Source of the DNA: Gemmatimonadales bacterium
Lineage (GTDB): Bacteria > Gemmatimonadota > Gemmatimonadetes > Gemmatimonadales > GWC2-71-9
Direction of reading: 5' to 3'
Assembly: GCA_040877595.1 (NCBI GenBank)
Contig: JBBDNM010000053.1
Location: 6,560-70,559 of the forward strand
DNA length: 64,000 bases
The translations under genes were made by a program, and so were the position numbers. Of the stretch, positions 1-6,960 are shown piece after piece. How positions within the stretch are numbered: the stretch's first letter is position 1; the number at the start of each line of letters is the position of its first letter. The notes beneath the pieces are model-generated. The model searched no databases, was not told the origin of the DNA, and saw only the letters and a program-made list of their open reading frames with translations.

Positions 1-379
1 CATCACGGACGTGTCCGGCCAGGATGGTGAGCTGGTCGAGGCGCTCTACAACCAGTTGATGGTGGCGCTGGTGCAGATTCCCGGCGCCACGGTGGCGCCG
101 CGATCCTCCATGGACGTCTATCGCACCCAGCCCAAACCGGTGGCGCAGATGGCCCAGGAGCTGAATGTCGGATCGATTCTCGAAGGCAACCTGTTCCGCG
201 CGGGCAGCCGCCTCCGCATCACGCTGCAGCTGACCAACCCGCGCACCATTGAGCAGATCTGGAGCCAGAGCTTCGATATTGACGTGAGCGGCAACCTGTT
301 CGATGCCATCGATGGCGTCGTTCCGCAGATCCGCGATGGGGTGGGGCAGGCCCTCAACGCATCTCCTTCATCGTCATGA
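1..379 (+). CDS. 3' end of a gene cut by the window edge; C-terminal TolB-N-terminal-like (COG5616-type) periplasmic module
   Basis: Frame is open from position 2. The stretch ELNVGSILEGNLFRAGSRLRITLQLTNPRTIEQIWSQSFD resembles the alpha/beta module often appended to membrane kinases and regulators. The TGA at 377-379 overlaps the next ATG (ATGA). Confidence 0.5.
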   Translation, partial: ITDVSGQDGELVEALYNQLMVALVQIPGATVAPRSSMDVYRTQPKPVAQMAQELNVGSILEGNLFRAGSRLRITLQLTNPRTIEQIWSQSFDIDVSGNLFDAIDGVVPQIRDGVGQALNASPSSS

Positions 380-2352
380 GGACACGACACATGGTTCGCT
401 CCGCCCTGACAGGCTTGACGCTCGGCATCCTGGCCTGTGGCGGGGACGCCGAACCGGCCCGCACCGTGCTGTACGAAGAGCCCGCGGCCGAGCTCATCAG
501 CAGCACCAGGCTCTCGCCAGACGGCGCCCGGTTCGCGTTCGGGGCCGAGATCGAAGGGTTGAGCGGCATCTTCGTCATGAACGTGGACGGCACGGGCCGG
601 ACCCGGCTGACCAGCGGGGTGTGGGACGTGGATCCCTACTGGTCACCGGACGGGCAGTGGCTGGCCTACTACTCCGATGAAGATAGCGACGTGTGGGTGG
701 TGCCGACGGCGGGCGGCGAGCCGCGTCAGCTGACTTCCGGAACGCCCCGTGATTTTCCGCGGGGATGGACCCCGGATGGCACGGGCGTAATCATCCAGCG
801 ATCGGCCGGCTCGGTGAACCAGACGATGATCGTGCCATTGGCCGGCGGTGTTCCACAGCCCATCGTAGAGCGCGGGGACGCTGTCGTGAATGCCGCGCTG
901 TCTCCCGACGGAAGCCAGGTCGTCTGGGTCGAGTCGCGGCAGGGACAGTCGACGCTCTGGACGCGGACGCTGCCGGACGGCGCGCCACGCCAGCTGACCA
1001 CCGACGGTAGGGAGAGCTACAACGGGGACGGGCCGTGGTCGCCGGACGGTCGGCTCTTCCTCTACACTACGGCCCGTTCGGGAACCGCGGATCTCTGGGT
1101 GGTCGAGTTGGCCACCGGCGAGCAACGCCAGCTGACCACGGACCTGCGTGATGACAATGGGGGTCGGTGGTCGCCCGATGGCGCCTGGATCGCGTTCACG
1201 TCCACGCGCGGCGGTCAGCGCGATGTGTGGGTCATGCCCTCGGCGGGCGGCGCCGCCTCGCGCGTCACCAATGACCTGACGAACGAGCACAACATCGAAT
1301 GGGCGTCGGACGGCAGCGCGATCACGTTCCACGTGTATCACTCCAGGAGTGAGCTGGTGATTCTGGCGCTGGATGGGACCGTGCGCCGCTCACTCCTGTC
1401 GTGGGAGGGCTACGGCATCTTTGGGGCCGTCGTGTCGCCGGATGGTCGCACCATTTTGTTTGCGTCCAATCGCAGCGGGGGAACCGACATCTGGGCGATC
1501 AGCGATACGGGCGGGGAACCGCGGCCGTTTGCCGCCAGCCCCACGGATGATTTCGACCCCCAATGGTCCCCCGACGGACGGCAGGTCGTGTTCGCGTCCG
1601 AACGGAACGGCGGTCGCGTCAATCTCTATGTGACGTCGGATACCGGCGGCACCGCGCGCGCGTTGACCGACTGGACCGAGGGTGCTTCCGCTGCCAAGTG
1701 GTCTCCCGATGGCCAGACTATTGCGTTCCGGTCGCCCCGCGGCGCCACACGCGGGGGCGAGATCTGGACCGTCCCTGCCGCAGGCGGCGAGGCTGTCCAG
1801 GTGACGCGGGAGGGCAATCAGCCATTCGGGCACACGTGGAGTGCGGATGGCCAGTCGCTGTACTATGGGGCCACCCGCTCGTCGAACGACGGCGAAGAGC
1901 TGTTCCGCGTCCCGGCCCGCGGCGGGAGGGCCCGGCCGCTCGGCGTTCCACCGGGCAGCAGTATCAGCGGACCCGAGGTTTCGCCGGACGGACAATGGTT
2001 GGCCTACACCGCGTATCCCGCCGGTTGGGGGTTTGTCGAGGTGATCCCGGCCCAGGGCGGGACGCCGCGGCGGTTGAGCGGGGACACGACCGGCGTGTAC
2101 CAGGTAGGGGCCGTCTGGTACCCGGATGGTTCGGGGCTGCTGTTCTCGGACTACCACTACCCCAGTTCGAGCCTCGATCTGAGCATATACACGTGGCCGG
2201 CCGGCGAACGTCGCCTAGTGACGCAGACGCCGCGGCTCAACGAGGGTGGACTTGAATGGATGCCGGATGGTCAGTCGGTGGTCGTGACCCGCAACGCGTC
2301 CAGCGGCCTGTTGGTGGCCGTGCAGATGGCAGACGTCCTGCCGAGGCCGTAA
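376..2352 (+). CDS. PD40/WD40-like beta-propeller repeat lipoprotein (TolB-like)
   Basis: 658-aa ORF with many SPDG/WSPDG PD40 repeat signatures. N-terminal lipobox LGILAC-GGD. ATGA overlap with the upstream gene. Confidence 0.8.
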   Translation: MRTRHMVRSALTGLTLGILACGGDAEPARTVLYEEPAAELISSTRLSPDGARFAFGAEIEGLSGIFVMNVDGTGRTRLTSGVWDVDPYWSPDGQWLAYYSDEDSDVWVVPTAGGEPRQLTSGTPRDFPRGWTPDGTGVIIQRSAGSVNQTMIVPLAGGVPQPIVERGDAVVNAALSPDGSQVVWVESRQGQSTLWTRTLPDGAPRQLTTDGRESYNGDGPWSPDGRLFLYTTARSGTADLWVVELATGEQRQLTTDLRDDNGGRWSPDGAWIAFTSTRGGQRDVWVMPSAGGAASRVTNDLTNEHNIEWASDGSAITFHVYHSRSELVILALDGTVRRSLLSWEGYGIFGAVVSPDGRTILFASNRSGGTDIWAISDTGGEPRPFAASPTDDFDPQWSPDGRQVVFASERNGGRVNLYVTSDTGGTARALTDWTEGASAAKWSPDGQTIAFRSPRGATRGGEIWTVPAAGGEAVQVTREGNQPFGHTWSADGQSLYYGATRSSNDGEELFRVPARGGRARPLGVPPGSSISGPEVSPDGQWLAYTAYPAGWGFVEVIPAQGGTPRRLSGDTTGVYQVGAVWYPDGSGLLFSDYHYPSSSLDLSIYTWPAGERRLVTQTPRLNEGGLEWMPDGQSVVVTRNASSGLLVAVQMADVLPRP

Positions 2353-2370
2353 CGTCAACCAGGAGCTGAC

Positions 2371-2841
2371 ATGGATATCGGCCTGCTCGTCACCCGTTTT
2401 CTCCACATCGTGCTCGGCTCCTACTGGGTCGGGGCCATCTTTTTCAACGTGCTGTTCCTGATGCCCGCCATGGTCGCTGCCGGACCGGACTCGGCCAAGG
2501 TGCAACAGGGCATCCAGCAGCGCGGCTTCATGAAGTGGACGCCCATCGCCGCCATTCTCGTCATTCTCACCGGCATCGACCTGCTCCGCCGCATCTCGGC
2601 CAACTTCCAGCCGGAATGGTTTGGGTCGTGGGTGGGGATGACCTATTCGATCGGCATGGCGGCGACGATCGTGGCGTTCATCGTCGGGTTCTTCTTCATG
2701 CGGCCGATGATGCTGAAGGCGGCCACCCTGCCGCCCGCCGAGGCGGGACCCGTGCGGATGCGCGCAATGCGGCTGAGCCAGGTGGTGGCGGTACTGCTGT
2801 TCGTGGCGGTTACGACGATGGCGGTGGCGCGCTACGTGTAA
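2371..2841 (+). CDS. Integral membrane protein of unknown function (about 4 TM helices)
   Basis: 156-aa ORF with hydrophobic helices (LGSYWVGAIFFNVLFLMPAMV, IAAILVILTGIDLL, and others). No recognisable catalytic motif. Confidence 0.55.
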   Translation: MDIGLLVTRFLHIVLGSYWVGAIFFNVLFLMPAMVAAGPDSAKVQQGIQQRGFMKWTPIAAILVILTGIDLLRRISANFQPEWFGSWVGMTYSIGMAATIVAFIVGFFFMRPMMLKAATLPPAEAGPVRMRAMRLSQVVAVLLFVAVTTMAVARYV

Positions 2842-3871
2842 GGATTCGCTCCGCCCGCGCTTTCGCCCCCTCGAGCGGTGAGACGTTCCGCGCTTTCGCC
2901 TCCGCAAAGATCTCCGTAAGCACCGCGTCATACCGCCGGATCTGCTCGCGCACCTGCTCGGGTGTGTGGCTGCCCGCGCCCAGCAACGGGATCGCGTTCG
3001 CGCCCCCGGCGTTGATCACGTAGTCCGGCGCGTACAGGATGCCGCGCTCGTGCAGCCGCGCCGCATCGGCGTCGGTCGCCAGCTGGTTGTTGGCCGAGCC
3101 TGCCACGATGGCGCAGCGCAACAGCGGAATGGTGTCGGCGTTGAGCGTGGCGCCGACGGCGCACGGGGCGTACACGTCGCATTCCGTGGTGTAGGTCTTG
3201 TCGTTCGGGACCACCCGGCCGCCGGTCGCCTTGGCCAGCCGTTCCGCCCGCCCGGCGTCGGCGTCACTCACCAGCACGGTCGCCCCTGCTTCCTTGAGCA
3301 TCACGCCGAGTGGATAGCCCACGTCGCCGGCGCCCTGGACCAAGACCGTACGGCCCGAGATCGTGTCGGATCCGAACCGGTGCCGTAGCGCCGCCTTGAT
3401 GCCTTGGAACACGCCGAGGGCGGTGTAGGGCCCGGGGTCAAGCGGACCGTGCCCGTCGCGCGCGGCGCCGTGTACGTACTTCGTGCGGCGGCCGATGACG
3501 GTCATGTCGTCGGGCGTGGTGCCCAGGTCCGGTCCGCAGGCGTAGATACCCCCCAGCGATTCGAGGATGTCGCCGTACCGCTCGAAAAGTCCTTCGCGTT
3601 CCGCGCCCTCCAGCGGACGGGGGACCGCAAGCACGCTCTTGCCGCCGCCCAACTGGAAGTCAATCGACGCCCATTTGTAGGTCATGCCTTCGGCGAGTCG
3701 CAGGGCATCCTGCAGGCCGTCGGTGGGCGTCGGGTAGGTCTTCATCCGGCATCCGCCCATGGCGGGGCCCAAGGTCAGACTATGAATGGCGATGAAGATC
3801 CAGGTACCGGTGGGCTGGTCGCGCCGGACGACCACGAATTCGCCAGGCCAATCGGCGAGCAGGGTTTCCAT
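2810..3871 (-). CDS. Leucine/valine/phenylalanine dehydrogenase (Glu/Leu/Phe/Val dehydrogenase family)
   Basis: LGPAMGGCRM and GGGKSVL catalytic-region motifs. Rossmann motif VLVQGAGDVGYPLGVML. 353 aa, typical length. Confidence 0.85.
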   Translation of the reverse strand: METLLADWPGEFVVVRRDQPTGTWIFIAIHSLTLGPAMGGCRMKTYPTPTDGLQDALRLAEGMTYKWASIDFQLGGGKSVLAVPRPLEGAEREGLFERYGDILESLGGIYACGPDLGTTPDDMTVIGRRTKYVHGAARDGHGPLDPGPYTALGVFQGIKAALRHRFGSDTISGRTVLVQGAGDVGYPLGVMLKEAGATVLVSDADAGRAERLAKATGGRVVPNDKTYTTECDVYAPCAVGATLNADTIPLLRCAIVAGSANNQLATDADAARLHERGILYAPDYVINAGGANAIPLLGAGSHTPEQVREQIRRYDAVLTEIFAEAKARNVSPLEGAKARAERILTRSAPPPSS

Positions 3872-3927
3872 GCGGGAAGCTTACAGCGGGTTCACCACGG
3901 TATGGAAGGTGATCTGGTGGAGGTCGT

Positions 3928-4149
3928 TCAGCCTTCCATCGCGCCGTAAATAGCGTCACGGTCCGCGATGTCTACAGCGGCGCGGCCCATGCGATGCACC
4001 GGGAGAGGCGGCAGGTCCGCCGCTGTCTGCGCAGCGAGCCCGCGCCGCAGGGTCTCCGCCACCACGGCGGCGAGCGTCTCGCCCCGTCGCGCGGCCTGAC
4101 GCTCCAGTTCCCGCATGATGGGGGCCGGGATGATCAGCGTCGTCTTCAT
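3928..4149 (-). CDS. Ribbon-helix-helix (CopG/VapB-like) antitoxin-type DNA-binding protein, no partner toxin
   Basis: MKTTLIIPAPIMRELERQAARRGETLAAVVAETLRRGL is a classic RHH N-terminus. Internal ATG at 4149 chosen. Only 56 nt separate its stop from the dehydrogenase start. Confidence 0.6.
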   Translation of the reverse strand: MKTTLIIPAPIMRELERQAARRGETLAAVVAETLRRGLAAQTAADLPPLPVHRMGRAAVDIADRDAIYGAMEG

Positions 4150-4214
4150 AGGATAAAGCATACAGAAGGTCACGAAAGTACGGCAAGGGCAATGCAACCA
4201 TCCTGCGGCGTACA

Positions 4215-4229
4215 GTCACTCAGTGTGAC
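4215..4229. promoter_or_regulatory. Inverted repeat GTCAC-N5-GTGAC in the RHH/secreted-protein divergent spacer (possible operator)
   Basis: GTCACTCAGTGTGAC at 4215-4229. Further GGTCAC (4168-4173) and GGTGACC (4241-4247) half-sites lie in the same 99-nt spacer. RHH proteins typically bind such repeats. Confidence 0.25.
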
Positions 4230-4248
4230 CTCACTCCAAAGGTGACCC

Positions 4249-4884
4249 ATGCGCATCGCCTTGCTTCTTCTCCCCGCCGCCCTTACGGCCCAGGGAGTCA
4301 CCGGCCCCCCGGGCCCCCGCCTCCTGCTCGAGCGCGACCACGAGATCCGCCTGGCCCGCAGCGCCGCCCCGGCCTCGGTCAGTGCCGACGCTCGGGTCTG
4401 GTTCTTCCAGAACGGGGCCTACGTGGTGGCGGATTCGGGTAGCCATGGTGTCGAGTGCTATGTGAGCCGCAGTTGGCCCGAATCGCTCGAGCCGCATTGT
4501 TTCGACCAAGAAGGCGCCCGCACCATCATGCGGCTGGAAATGCGCGGGGTGGAGCTGGCGCATGCCGGTATCGCGCGAGAAGAGGCCGCGCGACAGCTGG
4601 CCGTTGGGCTCGCGGACGGTACCTTCCGCCTGCCGCAGCGTCCGGCCATGAGCTGGATGATGTCGTCGGCTCAGGTGTTGTACAGCGATGCCGGCCAGCG
4701 GGTGGGCGCGTGGCGACCGCATCTGATGATCTACTTCCCGTATCTCACCGCCGAAGGACTGGGTATGACGGCAAACGACTTCGCGGCGGGCATCGTCGTG
4801 GACGTGGGGAAGCCGACGTCGAACCTGATGATCGTGGTGCCGACCGCCGTGGATCCCGTGCCAGCCGGGAGTGCCAGACCCTGA
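4249..4884 (+). CDS. Secreted hypothetical protein
   Basis: 211-aa ORF with signal peptide MRIALLLLPAALTAQG and a protein-like composition. Its stop overlaps the sigma-factor reading frame. Confidence 0.55.
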   Translation: MRIALLLLPAALTAQGVTGPPGPRLLLERDHEIRLARSAAPASVSADARVWFFQNGAYVVADSGSHGVECYVSRSWPESLEPHCFDQEGARTIMRLEMRGVELAHAGIAREEAARQLAVGLADGTFRLPQRPAMSWMMSSAQVLYSDAGQRVGAWRPHLMIYFPYLTAEGLGMTANDFAAGIVVDVGKPTSNLMIVVPTAVDPVPAGSARP

Positions 4885-5369
4885 CCGACCGCGAATTCTC
4901 GCTGCTGTACGACGCCCATACCCCGGCGATGTACCGGCTGGCGCTGCGCCAGCTGGGTGGTGATGCGCACGCGGCCGAAGAGGTGGTCCACGAAGCGTGG
5001 ATCCGCGGCGCGGAACGGATGGCCACGTTCCGCGGGGACGCCGCGTTGCGCACATGGTTGTGCGGCTTCGTGATTCGGGTTGCGCATGAGGCCATACGAC
5101 AAATGGGACGGGACACCGCGATGGAGACCCCCGACCCGCCGGCCGAGGATCGTCGCCTGACGGGCGTGTTCGACCGCGTGGACCTTGAACGCGCGATCGG
5201 TGCGCTCGCGCCGGGGTTCCGGCAGGTGCTGGTGTTGCACGATATCGAGGGATACACCCACGAAGAAATCGCCGGGCTGCTGGACATTGTGCCCGGGACA
5301 TCCAAGAGCCAGCTGGCGCGCGCCCGTGCGGCGTTGCGTCTGGCCCTGACCGGAGGTGCGCATGCCTGA
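4710..5369 (+). CDS. ECF-type RNA polymerase sigma-70 family factor (start uncertain)
   Basis: Region 2 (FSLLYDAHTPAMYRLALRQLG..AEEVVHEAWIR) and region 4 (VLVLHDIEGYTHEEIAGLLDIVPGTSKSQLARAR). The conserved part begins at about 4890. The nearest canonical in-frame start is GTG 4710. A CTG at 4881 overlaps the upstream TGA (see findings). Confidence 0.85.
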   Translation: MATASDDLLPVSHRRRTGYDGKRLRGGHRRGRGEADVEPDDRGADRRGSRASRECQTLTDREFSLLYDAHTPAMYRLALRQLGGDAHAAEEVVHEAWIRGAERMATFRGDAALRTWLCGFVIRVAHEAIRQMGRDTAMETPDPPAEDRRLTGVFDRVDLERAIGALAPGFRQVLVLHDIEGYTHEEIAGLLDIVPGTSKSQLARARAALRLALTGGAHA

Positions 5370-5853
5370 GGACAATCCGTTCGCCCAGCTTCCGCGGGAC
5401 GCTGATCCGCCGCCCGCGTTGAAGACGCGCGTCATGGCTGACTTGCGTCGTCGCGGGCTGATCCGTTCCGTGTGGTTGCCCCGCGTGTTGGCCTTGGCGG
5501 CCGGGCTCGCGTTGTTCGCGGCCGGCACGTGGGTCGGTGCTCGCGACGCGGGGCCGCCTGCCGGTCAGCAGTTTGCCCTTCTATTGTACGAGCCGGCCAG
5601 CTTCGACACGACGCGTCCGCACGACGAGCTGGCGGCCGAGTATGGTGCGTGGGCGCAAAGCCTCGGCACCCGATTCGTGGCGGGCGACGCCTTGGGTGAC
5701 CAGCGGGTGTTGGGTGGGACGGTGGGCAGCGAGGTGCCCACCGGTTATTTCATCGTGCGGGCCTCGAGCTGGGAAGAGGCCATGAGCATCGCAGCGGCGT
5801 GTCCGCATCTGCGGCATGGGGGGACCGTGGCGGTACAGGCCATTATGACGTAG
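5362..5853 (+). CDS. Membrane anti-sigma factor with C-terminal YCII/DGPF-like domain
   Basis: Overlaps the sigma gene by 8 nt. GGAGG lies 5 nt upstream of ATG 5362. Short cytoplasmic N-terminus, one TM (VLALAAGLALFAAGTWV), and a C-terminal FALLLYE...GYFIVRASSWEEAMSIAAACP pattern typical of the YCII-related fold. Confidence 0.6.
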   Translation: MPEDNPFAQLPRDADPPPALKTRVMADLRRRGLIRSVWLPRVLALAAGLALFAAGTWVGARDAGPPAGQQFALLLYEPASFDTTRPHDELAAEYGAWAQSLGTRFVAGDALGDQRVLGGTVGSEVPTGYFIVRASSWEEAMSIAAACPHLRHGGTVAVQAIMT

Positions 5854-5889
5854 CAGGGCACTTTCGCATATTATGGGGTAGGAGACCGA

Positions 5890-6336
5890 ATGCACCGCAT
5901 CTTGCCCCTGTTCCTGGCGCTCGCATGCAGCGACGCGATTGATGTGCACCCCGATGTGGGACTCACCGTGGAAGTGCTGGTGAGTCCGCCCGCGGGAACG
6001 ATCGGCGATCCCGTCACCATCACCGTGCGCGTGACCAATCTCAACGAAGGCCAACTGACGCTGCGGTTTCCCTCCGCGTGCGTGTTTACCTACGTGATAC
6101 TCGATGCCGAGGAGGAGTTGGTGGCGCCCTCCAACCTGTGCGGCGATGAATCCGTGACGCACACGTTCCCCGCGGGTATCTCGGAACAGAGCTTCCTGTT
6201 CACCGTTGGCGACGCGATGCATCCGCTGGGCGGTGGTACGTATCAGGTGTATGGCGGGGTGGGCTTCCCGCTGGTCATCGTGAGTGAGCCAATCATCCTG
6301 CAGATCAATACATTGGAGCTTCGTCATGCGCGCTAA
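5890..6336 (+). CDS. Lipoprotein, Ig-like/BsuPI-like fold suspected (cassette copy 1, gene A)
   Basis: Lipobox LALAC-SD. 148 aa. 116/148 residues identical to the ORF at 13176-13622 by manual alignment. Two conserved Cys. Confidence 0.7.
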   Translation: MHRILPLFLALACSDAIDVHPDVGLTVEVLVSPPAGTIGDPVTITVRVTNLNEGQLTLRFPSACVFTYVILDAEEELVAPSNLCGDESVTHTFPAGISEQSFLFTVGDAMHPLGGGTYQVYGGVGFPLVIVSEPIILQINTLELRHAR

Positions 6337-6673
6337 CGTGTTTGCCCTGTTGTTTGTTGTGGCCTGCTCTGATACGCCGACCGATCCGAACGACAACGAC
6401 AACACGCCCCCGCCGAGCGCGGCGTCGGTGACCATTGGCGACAACAACTACACGCCGAGCCGGGTGGACCTGGTGTTGGGTGGTACGGTGACGTGGACGT
6501 GGGCCGGGTTTGCGGCGCACACGCTCACGTTCGACAACCCGGATATTGCGTCGGCGTCGGCACGGACCTCGGGCAATACGTCACGCCAGTTCGGCGCGGC
6601 CGGCGAGTACACCTACTTTTGCGAGATTCATGGACGCGGGATGTCAGGGCGAGTTGTGGTGGTGGCGCCTTAA
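6326..6673 (+). CDS. Cupredoxin (plastocyanin/azurin-like type-1 copper) lipoprotein (cassette copy 1, gene B)
   Basis: Lipobox VVAC-SD. Candidate ligands AHTLTF ... YTYFCEIHGRGM (His, Cys-x2-His-x3-Met). 11-nt overlap with gene A. Confidence 0.8.
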   Translation: MRANVFALLFVVACSDTPTDPNDNDNTPPPSAASVTIGDNNYTPSRVDLVLGGTVTWTWAGFAAHTLTFDNPDIASASARTSGNTSRQFGAAGEYTYFCEIHGRGMSGRVVVVAP

Positions 6674-6675
6674 GA

Positions 6676-6771
6676 GGTGCAGGGTGCAGGGTGCAGGGTG
6701 CAAGGGTGCAAGGTGCAAGGGTGCAAGGTGCAAGGGTGCAAAGGTGCAAAGGTGCAAAGGTGCAAAGGGGG
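6676..6771 (+). repeat. Tandem array of 12 GGTGCA(R)1-3 units (7-8 nt) plus G5; G-quadruplex motif
   Basis: Read directly: (GGTGCAG)x3, GGTGCAAG/GGTGCAA alternating x5, (GGTGCAAA)x4, GGGGG. Begins 3 nt after the cupredoxin stop. Confidence 0.95.
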
Positions 6772-6787
6772 TGATCGGATTGGTGGT

Positions 6788-6880
6788 AGCCGAATTGACC
6801 GCGCCAAACCCGAACGAGTTTGACAGGATAATCTCCGGCGCCTGAACGGCATCGCCGTTGGCCTGATGCCGCCAAGCGCG
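6788..6880 (-). pseudogene. Relic of the 3' end of a beta-ketoacyl-ACP synthase gene (paralogous to 9641-9730)
   Basis: Minus-strand translation RHQANGDAVQAPEIILSNSFGFGAVNSA versus the intact KAS C-terminus RHHANGDTLPAPEIILSNSFGFGGVNAA. About 90 nt of clear nucleotide similarity. No upstream KAS body. Confidence 0.7.
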
Positions 6881-6960
6881 TGCTCCTGAGTCGCGCATCG
6901 GGGTTACCGAGAGGGCGGCCGGCCCGTATCTTCGGGGGTGGTGTTCCCCGGGAATCAGGC

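Noticed and set aside
3872-3927. Relic of a VapC/PIN toxin C-terminus downstream of the RHH gene
   Set aside because: On re-deriving the reverse complement carefully, the only toxin-like string (..ITVVNPL) is 7 residues long in the read-through frame. That is too short to support.
4231-5301. Long antisense or out-of-frame ORFs throughout the track (for example 4231-5301 -, 15343-16323 -, 19143-20714 -, 31180-33294 -, 32496-34883 -, 44817-46175 -, 51137-53122 +, 53471-54721 +, 55755-57089 +)
   Set aside because: Their translations are Arg/Gly/Pro/His-rich low-complexity strings typical of the wrong frame of GC-rich coding DNA. Each is fully covered by a gene with clear family motifs on the other strand or frame.
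5856-5889. Sigma-54 promoter in the conserved GGCAC-containing block upstream of both cupredoxin cassettes
   Set aside because: The GG-N10-GC spacing required for -24/-12 promoters is not met in either copy (7-9 nt to the nearest GC/GT). No bEBP gene is adjacent.
6676-6771. CRISPR array
   Set aside because: Units are only 7-8 nt and directly abut one another with no spacers. No cas genes are present in the window.
6880-6960. Upstream start (6880) for the PD40 Ser/Thr kinase
   Set aside because: The extra 27 residues overlap the KAS relic and are Arg/Gly-rich. The typical kinase N-terminus (MSEPFDRLKAAIADRYAIEREVG) begins at ATG 6961.
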